Origin: a virus
DNA: 36,252 nucleotides
Virus genome (UHGV): UHGV-0046263
Direction: 5' to 3' (one strand)
Shown: positions 1 through 9,397 of the stretch, piece by piece
How the letters are laid out: the number at the start of each line of letters is the position of its first letter
Position numbering within the stretch: the first letter of the stretch is position 1
Position numbers and translations under genes: made by a program
The notes under the pieces: model-generated
What the model was told of the DNA's origin: nothing
The model's input: only the letters and a program-made list of their open reading frames with translations
Database searches by the model: none

Positions 1-70
1 TTTGGAAGCTGTGCTGTAAGGGCGTTAGAAATAGAGCTCTGAATTATTTATGCAGAGCGGAATAAAAAAG

Positions 71-116
71 NNNNNNNNNNNNNNNNNNNNNNNNNNNNNN
101 NNNNNNNNNNNNNNNN
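71..116. other. Run of N (assembly gap or masked sequence), followed by a 30-nt poly-A tract at 117..146
   Basis: Literal n characters in the sequence; the adjacent homopolymer is unlikely to be native. Confidence 0.9.
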
Positions 117-148
<32 letters not shown>

Positions 149-170
149 TGGCGGCGCCTTTACGGGGAAA

Positions 171-968
171 TTAGAACATTACCTTATGACCGTACTGCTC
201 AAGAATGCCTTTCACGCGTTCCATGGTCTCTTTCTTCGGTGGTTTAACACCATCAAGTTTGTATTCTTCACCCATCGCCACCCATTTGTGTTTGCCAAGT
301 TCGTGGTAGGGGAGAAGCTCGATTTTCTCAACGTTGCCCATATCACGGGTAAATTCACCGAGGCGATGCGCTGAATCGTCATCGTCAGACCAGCCTGGGA
401 CAACAACGTAGCGGATCCACACCTTCACATTTTTGTTCGCCAGATATTTGGCGAACTCCAGCGTGCGGTGGTTTGAAACTCCAACCAGATTTTGGTGGAT
501 CTCGTCGTTCATCTGTTTGAGATCGAGCATTACCAGGTCGGTTACTTCCAGCAGTTCATCAATCACCGGATCGTAACGACGAACAAAACCGTTGGTGTCC
601 AGACAGGTATGAATGCCTTCTTTTTTGCAGGCGCGGAACCAGTCACGAACAAACTCAGCTTGCAGGATTGCTTCACCGCCGGATGCGGTAACGCCGCCGC
701 CGGAAGCGTTCATAAAGTGGCGATAGGTCACCACCTCTTTCATTAAATCTTCAACGGTAACTTCTTTACCGCCATGCGTGTCCCAGGTGTCGCGGTTATG
801 ACAATACAGGCAGCGCATCAGGCAGCCCTGGAAAAAGGTGATAAAGCGAATACCCGGGCCGTCTACGGTTCCACAGGATTCAAAGGAGTGAATGCGACCA
901 ATAACTGACTTGGTAGCCCCCGCCGTAGCGGTATTTTCTGTTGTATTACAATTAGTTAAATTACTCAT
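171..968 (-). CDS. pflA: Pyruvate formate-lyase activating enzyme (radical SAM, glycyl-radical activase); host gene flanking the prophage
   Basis: Translation carries the CxxxCxxC radical-SAM cluster motif (CLYCHNRD) and matches enterobacterial PflA along its length as I recall it, ending GHKVMF. The ORF extends 19 codons upstream of the position I recall as the canonical Met, which is AAG here (909..911), so the start is uncertain. Confidence 0.85.
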   Translation of the reverse strand: MSNLTNCNTTENTATAGATKSVIGRIHSFESCGTVDGPGIRFITFFQGCLMRCLYCHNRDTWDTHGGKEVTVEDLMKEVVTYRHFMNASGGGVTASGGEAILQAEFVRDWFRACKKEGIHTCLDTNGFVRRYDPVIDELLEVTDLVMLDLKQMNDEIHQNLVGVSNHRTLEFAKYLANKNVKVWIRYVVVPGWSDDDDSAHRLGEFTRDMGNVEKIELLPYHELGKHKWVAMGEEYKLDGVKPPKKETMERVKGILEQYGHKVMF

Positions 969-999
969 ATCGCTTCAATTGGCTCTAGTTAACTCTGGT

Positions 1000-1995
1000 T
1001 TATGGACGCATTATGGACATTCCTGACACCGGGTTAAGAGTCACAGCATCTTGTAAGAAATCCGGTGCAAAGTGTGCGTAGGTCATAGTTTGCTGAATGT
1101 TAGAATGACCCAGGATGCGCTGCAATGTGATTATGTTACCTCCATTCATTATAAAATGTGTGGCAAATGTATGCCTCAAAACATGTACTGCTTGTCCGTC
1201 AGGTAAATCGGGTTTTACTTCCCTGAGAGCGTTACGCACTTTGTAGTAACTGGCATTAAAAAGCCTGCCTGAATTTTTGGTCTTGATCCTTTTAATCAGG
1301 TCCTGCGAAACGGGAATTGTCCTGCGCTTTCCGTTTTTAGTTTTCATAAACGTAACCATCTGGTTAATGATGTGTTCAGCTTTCAAATTAGACACTTCAC
1401 TCCAGCGTCCACCAGTAGAAAGGCAGACCAGAGTTGCATTTAACTCATCACCATCAAGCATGGATAACAGCCGCGTAATCTCTTCACTGGACAAAAAAGC
1501 CATTTCTGTAACAGCTTCACGTAACCGCTTAACCTCACGGAACGGGTTGTGAGAGTGGTATTCACCGGCGTCAATTAACTTGGTGAACATCCCGCTCATT
1601 ATTGCCAGATGCCGATTTACGCTGGCTGGTTTTAGACCATCGTTCATCATTACAACTCGATAATCAGTTATCGTTTTCTTTGTTAACTGGTCAGCTCTGG
1701 ACACCCCCATTTCTGCAAATTTGGCGATTATTGTCGTCAAACGCCCCCGTTCAATATTTCCACGCTCATGTGATTTTCCGTGATATATCCACCATCTGCC
1801 TAACAACTCTGTAAGAGTTCGGCGGTCGGCTGGCTTCTCCAGCCACTCTTTGTTGTGGTAGTTAACCAGCACATGACGTTCGAATGCTTGAGCTTCACCT
1901 TTAGTTTTAAATTTCCGCCTGATACGTTTTCCATCTGCACCCTGCGGTCTGACGTCCACTTCATAACGACCATCATCGAGCTTTTTAATAGACAT
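1000..1995 (-). CDS. int: Tyrosine integrase, P2 Int family
   Basis: 331 aa; N-terminus MSIKKLDDGRYEVDVRP and C-terminal HxLRHTFATHF...ITLQRILGH...Y catalytic region resemble P2 Int; GGAGGG ribosome-binding site upstream. Confidence 0.9.
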   Translation of the reverse strand: MSIKKLDDGRYEVDVRPQGADGKRIRRKFKTKGEAQAFERHVLVNYHNKEWLEKPADRRTLTELLGRWWIYHGKSHERGNIERGRLTTIIAKFAEMGVSRADQLTKKTITDYRVVMMNDGLKPASVNRHLAIMSGMFTKLIDAGEYHSHNPFREVKRLREAVTEMAFLSSEEITRLLSMLDGDELNATLVCLSTGGRWSEVSNLKAEHIINQMVTFMKTKNGKRRTIPVSQDLIKRIKTKNSGRLFNASYYKVRNALREVKPDLPDGQAVHVLRHTFATHFIMNGGNIITLQRILGHSNIQQTMTYAHFAPDFLQDAVTLNPVSGMSIMRP

Positions 1996-2088
1996 AAAGC
2001 CCTCCGATGACGCTGTTTACTTCTACTACTTGAAAATTAATGCAATTTTCTTTCGTACATTTACTGCACACATATGCTGAATAAATCG

Positions 2089-2400
2089 TCAGCCAGTCTT
2101 TTGGTCTGAGTGGTGCAAGGTTGTTGAGTCTTGCCCAATGTGCGCGAGCGCCGGGGCTATTTGTCCGCCAGCGGGATCAGTTTCATCAAACATGAACCAG
2201 TCACGGTACTTGCGAAATCTTTCTGGCTTGAAAAATTTCATACCTGCGTCAAAAGACATCTTTACTTTTCCCTGCTCATATCCAGCATAGGTGTTGTAGT
2301 TAATTCCAGTTAATTCAGCAACTTGCTTCCTTGTCATTCTTTCTGATTCCCGAATAAGTGCGAGTTTCTCTGCTTGAGATGTGATTTGTGTATTTGACAT
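2089..2400 (-). CDS. C: Immunity repressor, P2 C-like
   Basis: About 103 aa from MSNTQ; HTH region (QVAELTGINYNTY) and C-terminal GQIAPALAH...QKTG resemble P2 C. Start chosen at the internal Met by analogy with 99-aa P2 C; the ORF could extend to 2448. Confidence 0.7.
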   Translation of the reverse strand: MSNTQITSQAEKLALIRESERMTRKQVAELTGINYNTYAGYEQGKVKMSFDAGMKFFKPERFRKYRDWFMFDETDPAGGQIAPALAHIGQDSTTLHHSDQKTG

Positions 2401-2504
2401 GAATTGTCGTATCTCGTAATTTATGTTGTATGCGACACGCCAGAACAACGCAGAGCGGCTTCAAATAGCTCTGGTTGAATGGCACCAAAGTTGAGGATAT
2501 CAAA

Positions 2505-2801
2505 ATGAGTATTGGATCAGAAATGAATAACGATGTTGGAGAAAAAGTATCTGATCTCACAAAAAGTAAAAAATGTGACATCAAACTTGCAGCCGCACCG
2601 TCGGATTTGCTCTCGAAAGAGGGTTTTGCTCTTTACATCGGTAAGACGCCTCGCGCTGTTGCTGAAATGGCGAAAGTAGGCAAGTTACCAGCCTTTTATA
2701 TGACGGACCCATTAAAGCCGGGCGGTCATGCTGAGTTATGGATTAATCGCCGTGAGTGGGACAAGTACGCAGCCCAGCTAGTTGATGAAGCTCCGACATA
2801 A
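2505..2801 (+). CDS. cox: Cox-like excisionase / transcriptional regulator
   Basis: Divergent from C; the KLPAFYMTDP...WINRREW core resembles P2 Cox; GAGGA ribosome-binding site upstream of the ATG at 2505. Confidence 0.7.
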   Translation: MSIGSEMNNDVGEKVSDLTKSKKCDIKLAAAPSDLLSKEGFALYIGKTPRAVAEMAKVGKLPAFYMTDPLKPGGHAELWINRREWDKYAAQLVDEAPT

Positions 2802-2805
2802 TGGC

Positions 2806-3042
2806 ATGACTGGAAAAATCGCATTAGTTACAGCAAATCAAGACATGGCCGTGCGGCTTAAGGTGGAAAGGATGAACGAGCCTCGTTGTATTGCTCAGTT
2901 ATTGCGTAACGAAAGCCCAAGGGCGATTGACTTCACCATTACCCACGGTAAGGGGCGTAAGGGAATCATTATCCGCACCAAAAAACAGAGTCCGTTAAAG
3001 AAGGCTCTGACCTTTCTGAAAAGCCGGAGGGTCTGGAAATGA
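2806..3042 (+). CDS. Small hypothetical early protein (P2 orf78 position)
   Basis: 78 codons from MTGKIAL, in the orf78 position between cox and B; start uncertain (2785 or 2806). Confidence 0.5.
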   Translation: MTGKIALVTANQDMAVRLKVERMNEPRCIAQLLRNESPRAIDFTITHGKGRKGIIIRTKKQSPLKKALTFLKSRRVWK

Positions 3043-3539
3043 CAGTGATGACGCTCAATCTTGTTGAAAAACAGCCAGCAGCTATGCGCCGGATAATTGG
3101 TAAGCATCTGGCCGTCCCTCGCTGGCAGGAGACATGCGATTATTATAATCAGATGATGGAACGTGAACGGCTAACGGTTTGCTTCCATGCGCAGTTAAAA
3201 CAGCGTCACGCAACGATGCGTTTTGAAGAAATGAACGACGTCGAACGTGAACGGCTGGTTTGTGCAATTGATGAATTGCGTGGGGCATTCTCAAAACGCC
3301 GTCAGGTTGGCGCAAGTGAGTATGCATATATTAGTTTTTTAACAGTCAGTCAGCGTCGCACTTTATTTATGCACGCACGACTGACAGAAAAAGAATTTAA
3401 CCAGCCATACTGGCGAATTAATGAAGAATCATGTTACTGGCGTGATGCTTTATTCCGTGCATTACGTGAATTATTCAGTCTGTTTGAGTATGCACCGACA
3501 ATTCTGACGTCGGTAAAACCAGAGCAATATCTGCATTAA
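3039..3539 (+). CDS. B: Replication protein B (helicase-loader-like)
   Basis: 166 aa, the same length and position as P2 gpB; start overlaps the upstream stop. Confidence 0.8.
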   Translation: MTVMTLNLVEKQPAAMRRIIGKHLAVPRWQETCDYYNQMMERERLTVCFHAQLKQRHATMRFEEMNDVERERLVCAIDELRGAFSKRRQVGASEYAYISFLTVSQRRTLFMHARLTEKEFNQPYWRINEESCYWRDALFRALRELFSLFEYAPTILTSVKPEQYLH

Positions 3540-3602
3540 GTAATTAACCAGAGTTTTTAACGCACTTAATCGTGCGGGGCTTCTTTTTGCCTGGAGAAAG
3601 TC

Positions 3603-3827
3603 ATGCATACAGTTTCTGAAAATCAGTGCGGTAAATACGCATTACTGCTGCAACAGGCCAGAACCGAAGCACAGGCCGACGCTGCGACGCGCTTTTCTTC
3701 TCATCTTGACGCCATGATTCGCCATATCACAAAGGCGGAGTTATCCCGCGTGGAGATAGTCGAGCTGCTCAGTCAGGAGTCGGAAAAATTTCACAATATC
3801 GGATTGTCTCGCGGGGAGGTACTTTGA
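3603..3827 (+). CDS. Hypothetical early protein (P2 orf80 position)
   Basis: 74-aa ORF in the conserved early operon, translationally coupled to the next ORF. Confidence 0.5.
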   Translation: MHTVSENQCGKYALLLQQARTEAQADAATRFSSHLDAMIRHITKAELSRVEIVELLSQESEKFHNIGLSRGEVL

Positions 3828-4126
3828 TGTCCTGTTCTCATTCAGTTGTATTACTGAATAACGCCTTAAAAATCGCCGTTATGAAAAATGGCGATTTGTC
3901 TCTTATTCAACTTTGTCTTGATAAAGAAAAACGCGACATCACTGAATCTGTTATCGCGATTTATCAGAATGAATTAAACCTCCTGTCTGATGTGGTCAAT
4001 TTACTTGTTAAACGCGCTGTATTCCACAAGCAAATTTCCTCAGTGGATGAACTGACAAAATTAACGACAGAACTTGCCAGTTATTGCGCTGATGTATCCA
4101 GGAAACTTAACGATAAAAGGAGCTGA
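3824..4126 (+). CDS. Hypothetical early protein (P2 orf81 position)
   Basis: 100-aa ORF; start overlaps the upstream stop. Confidence 0.5.
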   Translation: MMSCSHSVVLLNNALKIAVMKNGDLSLIQLCLDKEKRDITESVIAIYQNELNLLSDVVNLLVKRAVFHKQISSVDELTKLTTELASYCADVSRKLNDKRS

Positions 4127-4128
4127 TA

Positions 4129-4353
4129 ATGCCGGACAACGTAGATTTTATTCAGGAACAACAGGCTGAATTACTGGAGCGCCAGATTAACGCGGCAAGG
4201 GTAAAACATTGCGGTGCTTCTGCGCTGGTTTGCGAAGAGTGTGACGCGCCAATACCTGCTGCCCGTCGTGCGGCTTATCCGTCAGCCACGCGTTGTGTTT
4301 CCTGTCAGTCAGTCTTTGAAGCAAAAAACAAACATTACCGGAGAATGGCATGA
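4129..4353 (+). CDS. TraR/DksA-type C4 zinc-finger protein (P2 orf82 position)
   Basis: CxxC...CxxC spacing (CEECD...CVSC) visible in the translation. Confidence 0.6.
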   Translation: MPDNVDFIQEQQAELLERQINAARVKHCGASALVCEECDAPIPAARRAAYPSATRCVSCQSVFEAKNKHYRRMA

Positions 4354-4625
4354 GCATTCGTATTGAAATTGGCGAACGTTATGTCGTTACCAGTGACAGC
4401 TTTCAGTTTATTCTCCACGAGAAAAAGAGAGCGGAAAGCGGTAAAAACGCCGGTCAGGAATGGCTGGCGGTGGTTGGTTATTACCCGAAATTAAGCCAGC
4501 TCGTTTCCGGCCTGATGCATCACGATATTCTGACCGGAAGCGCAAAGTCTTTTGCTGATTTAAACGCGCAGGTTGAGCAACTCAGCAAGCGTTGTTCAGA
4601 GGCTTTTGGCTCATATGGCCGTTAA
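4350..4625 (+). CDS. Hypothetical early protein (P2 orf83 position)
   Basis: 91-aa ORF; its stop overlaps the start of A. Confidence 0.5.
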   Translation: MSIRIEIGERYVVTSDSFQFILHEKKRAESGKNAGQEWLAVVGYYPKLSQLVSGLMHHDILTGSAKSFADLNAQVEQLSKRCSEAFGSYGR

Positions 4626-6900
4626 AGCCTCCGGGCGTTTTGTCCCTCCGTCAGCATTTGCCGCAGGCACCGGTAAGACGTTTACCGGTGCTTATGCATG
4701 GAACGCGCCACGCGAGGCCGTCGGGCGCGAAAGACCCCTTACACGTGACGAGATGCGTCAGGTGCAAGGGGTTTTATCCACGATTAACCGCCTGCCTTAC
4801 TTTTTGCGCTCGCTGTTTACTTCACGCTATGACTACATCCGGCGCAATAAAAGCCCGGTACACGGGTTTTATTTCCTCACATCCACTTTTCAGCGTCGTT
4901 TATGGCCGCGCATTGAGCGCGTGAATCAGCGCCATGAAATGAACACCGACGCGTCGTTGCTGTTTCTGGCAGAGCGTGACCACTATGCGCGCCTGCCTGG
5001 AATGAATGACAAGGAGCTGAAAAAGTTTGCCGCCCGTATCTCATCGCAGCTTTTCATGATGTATGAGGAACTCAGCGATGCCTGGGTGGATGCGCATGGC
5101 GAAAAAGAATCGCTGTTTACGGATGAGGCGCAGGCTCACCTGTATAGTCATGTTGCTGGCGCTGCACGTGCTTTCAATATTTCCCCGCTCTACTGGAAAA
5201 AATACCGTAAAGGACAGATGACCACGAGGCAGGCATATTCTGCCATTGCCCGCCTGTTTAACGATGAGTGGTGGACTCATCAGCTTAAAGGCCAGCGTAT
5301 GCGCTGGCATGAGGCGTTACTGATTGCTGTCGGGGAGGTCAATAAAGATCGTTCTCCTTATGCCAGTAAACACGCCATTCGTGATGTGCGTGCACGCCGC
5401 CAGGCAAATCTGGAATTTCTTAAATCGTGTGACCTCGAAAACAGGGAAACCGGCGAGCGCATCGACCTTATCAGTAAGGTGATGGGCAGTATTTCTAATC
5501 CTGAAATTCGCCGGATGGAGCTGATGAACACCATCGCCGGTATTGAGCGTTACGCCGCCGCAGAGGGTGATGTGGGGATGTTTATCACGCTGACCGCGCC
5601 GTCAAAGTATCACCCGACACGTCAGGTCGGAAAAGGAGAAAGTAAAACCGTGCAGCTTAATCACGGCTGGAATGATGAGGCATTTAATCCGAAGGATGCG
5701 CAGCGTTATCTCTGCCGTATCTGGAGCCTGATGCGCACGGCATTCAAGGATAATGATTTACAGGTCTACGGTTTGCGAGTCGTCGAGCCACACCACGACG
5801 GAACGCCGCACTGGCATATGATGCTTTTTTGTAATCCACGCCAGCGTAACCAGATTATCGAAATCATGCGTCGCTATGCGCTCAAAGAGGATGGCGACGA
5901 AAGAGGAGCCGCGCGAAACCGTTTTCAGGCGAAACACCTTAACCGGGGCGGTGCTGCGGGATATATCGCGAAATACATCTCAAAAAATATCGACGGCTAT
6001 GCACTGGATGGTCAGCTCGATAACGATACCGGCAGGCCGCTGAAAGACACTGCAGCGGCTGTTACCGCATGGGCGTCAACGTGGCGTATCCCGCAATTTA
6101 AAACGGTTGGCCTGCCGACAATGGGGGCTTACCGTGAACTACGCAAATTGCCTCGCGGCGTCAGCATTGCTGATGAGTTTGACGAACGCGTCGAGGCTGC
6201 ACGCGCCGCCGCAGACAGTGGTGATTTTGCGTTGTATATCAGCGCGCAGGGCGGGGCAAATGTCCCGCGCGATTGTCAGACTGTCAGGGTCGCCCGTAGC
6301 CCGTCGGATGACGTTAACGAGTACGAGGAAGAAGTCGAGAGAGTGGTCGGCATTTACGCGCCGCATCTCGGCACGCGTCATATTCATATCACCAGAACGA
6401 CGGACTGGCGCATTGTGCCGAAAGTTCCGGTCGTTGAGCCGTTGACTTTAAAAAGCGGCATCGCCGCGCCTCGGAGTCCTGTCAATAACTGTGGAAAGCT
6501 CACCGGTGGTGATACTTCGTCACCGGCTCCCACGCCTTCTGAACACGCCGTAGCAGTGCTTAATCTGGTAGATGACGGTGTTATCGAATGGAATGACCAG
6601 GAGGTCGTGAGGGCGCTCAGAGGTGCATTAAAACACGGTCTGAGAAGACCAAACCGTCAGCAAAGAAACGGAAGCCCGTTAAAACCGCATGAAATAGCGC
6701 CATCGGCCAGACTGACCCGGTCGGAACGAATGCAAATTACCCGTATCCGCGTTGACCTTGCTCAGAACGGTATCAGGCCACAGCGATGGGAGCTTGAGGC
6801 GCTGGCTCGGGGAGCGACCATAAATTATGGCGGGAAAAAATTCACGTATCCGGTCATTGATGAGTGGCCGGGATTCTCAACAGTAATGGAGTGGACATAA
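4615..6900 (+). CDS. A: Replication initiation endonuclease A (rolling-circle initiator)
   Basis: 762 aa from the ATG at 4615 (P2 gpA is 761 aa); contains HxH-type motifs (PHWHMMLF) and a tyrosine-rich active-site region (GYIAKYISKN). Confidence 0.85.
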   Translation: MAVKASGRFVPPSAFAAGTGKTFTGAYAWNAPREAVGRERPLTRDEMRQVQGVLSTINRLPYFLRSLFTSRYDYIRRNKSPVHGFYFLTSTFQRRLWPRIERVNQRHEMNTDASLLFLAERDHYARLPGMNDKELKKFAARISSQLFMMYEELSDAWVDAHGEKESLFTDEAQAHLYSHVAGAARAFNISPLYWKKYRKGQMTTRQAYSAIARLFNDEWWTHQLKGQRMRWHEALLIAVGEVNKDRSPYASKHAIRDVRARRQANLEFLKSCDLENRETGERIDLISKVMGSISNPEIRRMELMNTIAGIERYAAAEGDVGMFITLTAPSKYHPTRQVGKGESKTVQLNHGWNDEAFNPKDAQRYLCRIWSLMRTAFKDNDLQVYGLRVVEPHHDGTPHWHMMLFCNPRQRNQIIEIMRRYALKEDGDERGAARNRFQAKHLNRGGAAGYIAKYISKNIDGYALDGQLDNDTGRPLKDTAAAVTAWASTWRIPQFKTVGLPTMGAYRELRKLPRGVSIADEFDERVEAARAAADSGDFALYISAQGGANVPRDCQTVRVARSPSDDVNEYEEEVERVVGIYAPHLGTRHIHITRTTDWRIVPKVPVVEPLTLKSGIAAPRSPVNNCGKLTGGDTSSPAPTPSEHAVAVLNLVDDGVIEWNDQEVVRALRGALKHGLRRPNRQQRNGSPLKPHEIAPSARLTRSERMQITRIRVDLAQNGIRPQRWELEALARGATINYGGKKFTYPVIDEWPGFSTVMEWT

Positions 6901-7053
6901 TGGCAAAAATTCACGCAATATTAGATAATTTCGTACTGTATATATTTAGTGTTATTGAAAAATCTCGACAGAAAGAGTTTTCTGTATTTAATCGTTGCTT
7001 GCAGTTTGGTATTGTTTACCATGATTGTTTGTTAAGTGCTTTAAAGGTGAGGA

Positions 7054-8892
7054 ATGAGCGAGTTTGATGTTTTTTCTATTTCAGTTGATGATTTTAAAAA
7101 AAGTGAATACGCCAGTATATTATCATCGCCAAGAAGTTATTCTCATTTTGATATGGAGTCTTATTTTGTTCAGTTGTTGTCATCTTACAAGCTAAAAAAC
7201 GATGTAAGTTCTTGGCGGCTTTGCTATTTATTACGTGCGTTGTTTAATTTTAAATTTTCTAGGTCTGGTGATATTATCGGTTTTGAGCCAAAAATCATTC
7301 TCTATCCTGAGAGGGGCTATAGGCCTTCAGATTATAAGGAGAGTTTTTCAACAATATTAACTTGTATTAAAGAAAACTCCGATAATCCTTATATTATATC
7401 TAGGGTGTGTGATGTTTTATGGATAAATAACCGTAAGGATATAGACTCTGCCAATAAAGCAATAGAGTCATATTCTCTAATGGTTAATGATGCTTGCGAT
7501 ACTTTAATAGAAAAACAAGAGTCAGGTGATATCCATATTTTTGATGTTGTTGACTGCTTGGATAGAGGTATCGCAATATCGCGCATGCTTATTGGCAGGA
7601 AAAAACAACTACAAGGGGGGATAGTTGATTCGACATTAAGGTTATATCATGTATTAATAGACTCTGGTATATTCACCGGTGTATTAAGAGTTTCTGAAAT
7701 TCTTTATAAGAATAATTTATTGTGTCCCTTGCAATTGGCTGAGAATGCAGAAAAGATAGCTGATGAGCATTGTGGAGCGTCTTATTTTGATGCAGTGAAA
7801 AAATTGTTTTATTTTGCGTCTGAATTATATGTTAAAAACGATATGGAAGAGCAAGGAAGACGGTGCAGAATTAAAGCGTCAGAAATAACATTGGCTCAAT
7901 TTGAACAGTCTTCATCTTCAATATTGAAGGCTCATTGGTTAAGAGTTGCTCTTGGCGAATTTAGAGCAATTGGTGGAATGAATGAAGAAATTAAAAAGAT
8001 TAGAGAGGAATTGAATTCTATTCGAGATCAAATCAATGATGAAATGCACTTCTTTGCAATACCAATGGATCTTAGTGATGTTATCGCTCAGAAAGAGCAT
8101 GTTTATAATCAATTGGATTTCTCAAGGGTAATTAAAACTTTAATTGCTAGATTTAAGATTGTAAGTGCCAGTGAAATTATGGAAAGAGCTCGTTCCGATG
8201 CTAAAAAACATTTTTTTCTTAATATGAGTGAAACGGTTGTTTATGATGATAGAGGGCGCGTTGTAGCAAGTCGTTCACCTTTGGATCCTGCGGGGGATAT
8301 AAGTTTAAATGATGCTTGTGCAAATTATTTAAGAACTAGTAACATTGAGCATCAGGTCTATGTTTGTGGTGAGTTTGAAGTCGTTAGGCAAAGTGTGTTG
8401 GCTAGGTATTCATTAAATGAAAATACATTTGACCCAATCTCACAACAAAGTGCATTTGTTCCACCTGGGTATGCAGAAATATTTTCTTTGGGGTTTTATA
8501 AGCTTTGGCAGGGAGATTATGTGTCTGCCTGTTATTTGTTATTGCCGCAATTGGAGAATTCAATTAGATGGATTTTAGAATTAAGAAGAAAAGAAACAAC
8601 GAAAATAGATGTGTCGCTTTTTGAGGAGGCTACTAGCCTATCTCAAATGCTTGCAAATTATAGGAGTGAAATGGAAGGTGTTTTTGATAGTGATCATGTA
8701 TTGACTATGGATTTATTGTTCAATATGAAAGGTGGTGCTGCAATTAGACACACGATGGCTCATGGCAGGTATACTGTAAATCATTGTTATCAACCAACTT
8801 CAGTTTTTGCCTGTGTCTTTATCTTTTATTTAACTTGTTTGCCTTTATTTAGTGTATGGGAAGATAAAGTTGAACCTTATCTGGCTGATTAA
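7054..8892 (+). CDS. AT-rich cargo protein, 612 aa, unknown function; possible C-terminal HEPN-like domain (candidate abortive-infection/defence effector)
   Basis: Strong ribosome-binding site AAGGTGAGG 4 nt upstream of the ATG; long uninterrupted ORF; AT-rich relative to the phage backbone; sits where tin/old lie in P2; C-terminal LENSIRWIL...AAIRHTMAHG contains an Rx4H motif. Confidence 0.7.
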   Translation: MSEFDVFSISVDDFKKSEYASILSSPRSYSHFDMESYFVQLLSSYKLKNDVSSWRLCYLLRALFNFKFSRSGDIIGFEPKIILYPERGYRPSDYKESFSTILTCIKENSDNPYIISRVCDVLWINNRKDIDSANKAIESYSLMVNDACDTLIEKQESGDIHIFDVVDCLDRGIAISRMLIGRKKQLQGGIVDSTLRLYHVLIDSGIFTGVLRVSEILYKNNLLCPLQLAENAEKIADEHCGASYFDAVKKLFYFASELYVKNDMEEQGRRCRIKASEITLAQFEQSSSSILKAHWLRVALGEFRAIGGMNEEIKKIREELNSIRDQINDEMHFFAIPMDLSDVIAQKEHVYNQLDFSRVIKTLIARFKIVSASEIMERARSDAKKHFFLNMSETVVYDDRGRVVASRSPLDPAGDISLNDACANYLRTSNIEHQVYVCGEFEVVRQSVLARYSLNENTFDPISQQSAFVPPGYAEIFSLGFYKLWQGDYVSACYLLLPQLENSIRWILELRRKETTKIDVSLFEEATSLSQMLANYRSEMEGVFDSDHVLTMDLLFNMKGGAAIRHTMAHGRYTVNHCYQPTSVFACVFIFYLTCLPLFSVWEDKVEPYLAD

Positions 8893-9053
8893 TGGAAGTT
8901 GATTTAGGTATTTTGGCATTTATCTTTCTGCGTGCAATATGTGCATGGTTTTGCATGTGCCGGAGTTGCATGTTCCGGCCGTGCGTCCGCCAGGACGGGC
9001 GTGGCTCAAAAGCGGTATTGCACCTGCATTAAAACCGCCCCACGAAGCGGGCG

Positions 9054-9072
9054 GGCGAGGCGGGGAAAGCAC
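9054..9072. other. cos site (19-nt cohesive end, P2/P4 type) within a GC-rich structured packaging region (about 8930..9110)
   Basis: Exact match to GGCGAGGCGGGGAAAGCAC, the P2 cohesive end as I recall it; flanked by repeated TTGCATGT motifs and GC-rich hairpins. Confidence 0.55.
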
Positions 9073-9110
9073 TGCGCGCTAAACGATGTCGCTGGCTTGC
9101 AGTTACCCGG

Positions 9111-9139
9111 TTGAAATTCTTATTTTTTTGTTGCATTAT
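9111..9139 (+). promoter_or_regulatory. Sigma70-like promoter candidate (TTGAAA, 17-bp spacer, CATTAT) upstream of the RT module
   Basis: Hexamers and spacing read directly from the sequence; no experimental support. Confidence 0.3.
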
Positions 9140-9146
9140 TCTTAGC

Positions 9147-9395
9147 GCACCAGCGATTCGCTTGGTATGCGGCAGTCAACAACATTAAATTGTCAGTTTT
9201 TGCTTTTACAAAAAAGCGTCCACTATGGACCTATCAGCGAGGCCCCACCGTCGTCAACTACGATGGTGCCGTAGCCGACGACATTACGTACGGTCGAAAG
9301 ATAGCAGAGGCTGTTGCTGACAATTGTTGATGTAAGCATCTCTGCTGTTCCACCCTTGAGTATGGGAAGACCGTACGTAACTTTGAATTTGAATG
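9147..9395 (+). ncRNA. Candidate structured ncRNA upstream of the RT (possible retron msr/msd)
   Basis: About 250 nt non-coding between the promoter candidate and the RT start, with hairpin GCTTTT-ACAA-AAAAGC (9202..9217), a 13-bp imperfect stem (9250..9262 / 9270..9282) and a perfect 12-bp inverted repeat TTACGTACGGTC / GACCGTACGTAA (9284..9295 / 9369..9380) ending 17 nt before the RT ATG. Boundaries are not defined. Confidence 0.3.
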
Positions 9396-9397
9396 GT

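Noticed and set aside
6900-7067. Small AT-rich ORF (about 55 aa from the ATG at 6900) between A and the 612-aa gene
   Set aside because: Overlaps the strong ribosome-binding site and start of the 612-aa gene and has no recognisable features; more likely promoter or leader sequence, though a small protein is not excluded.
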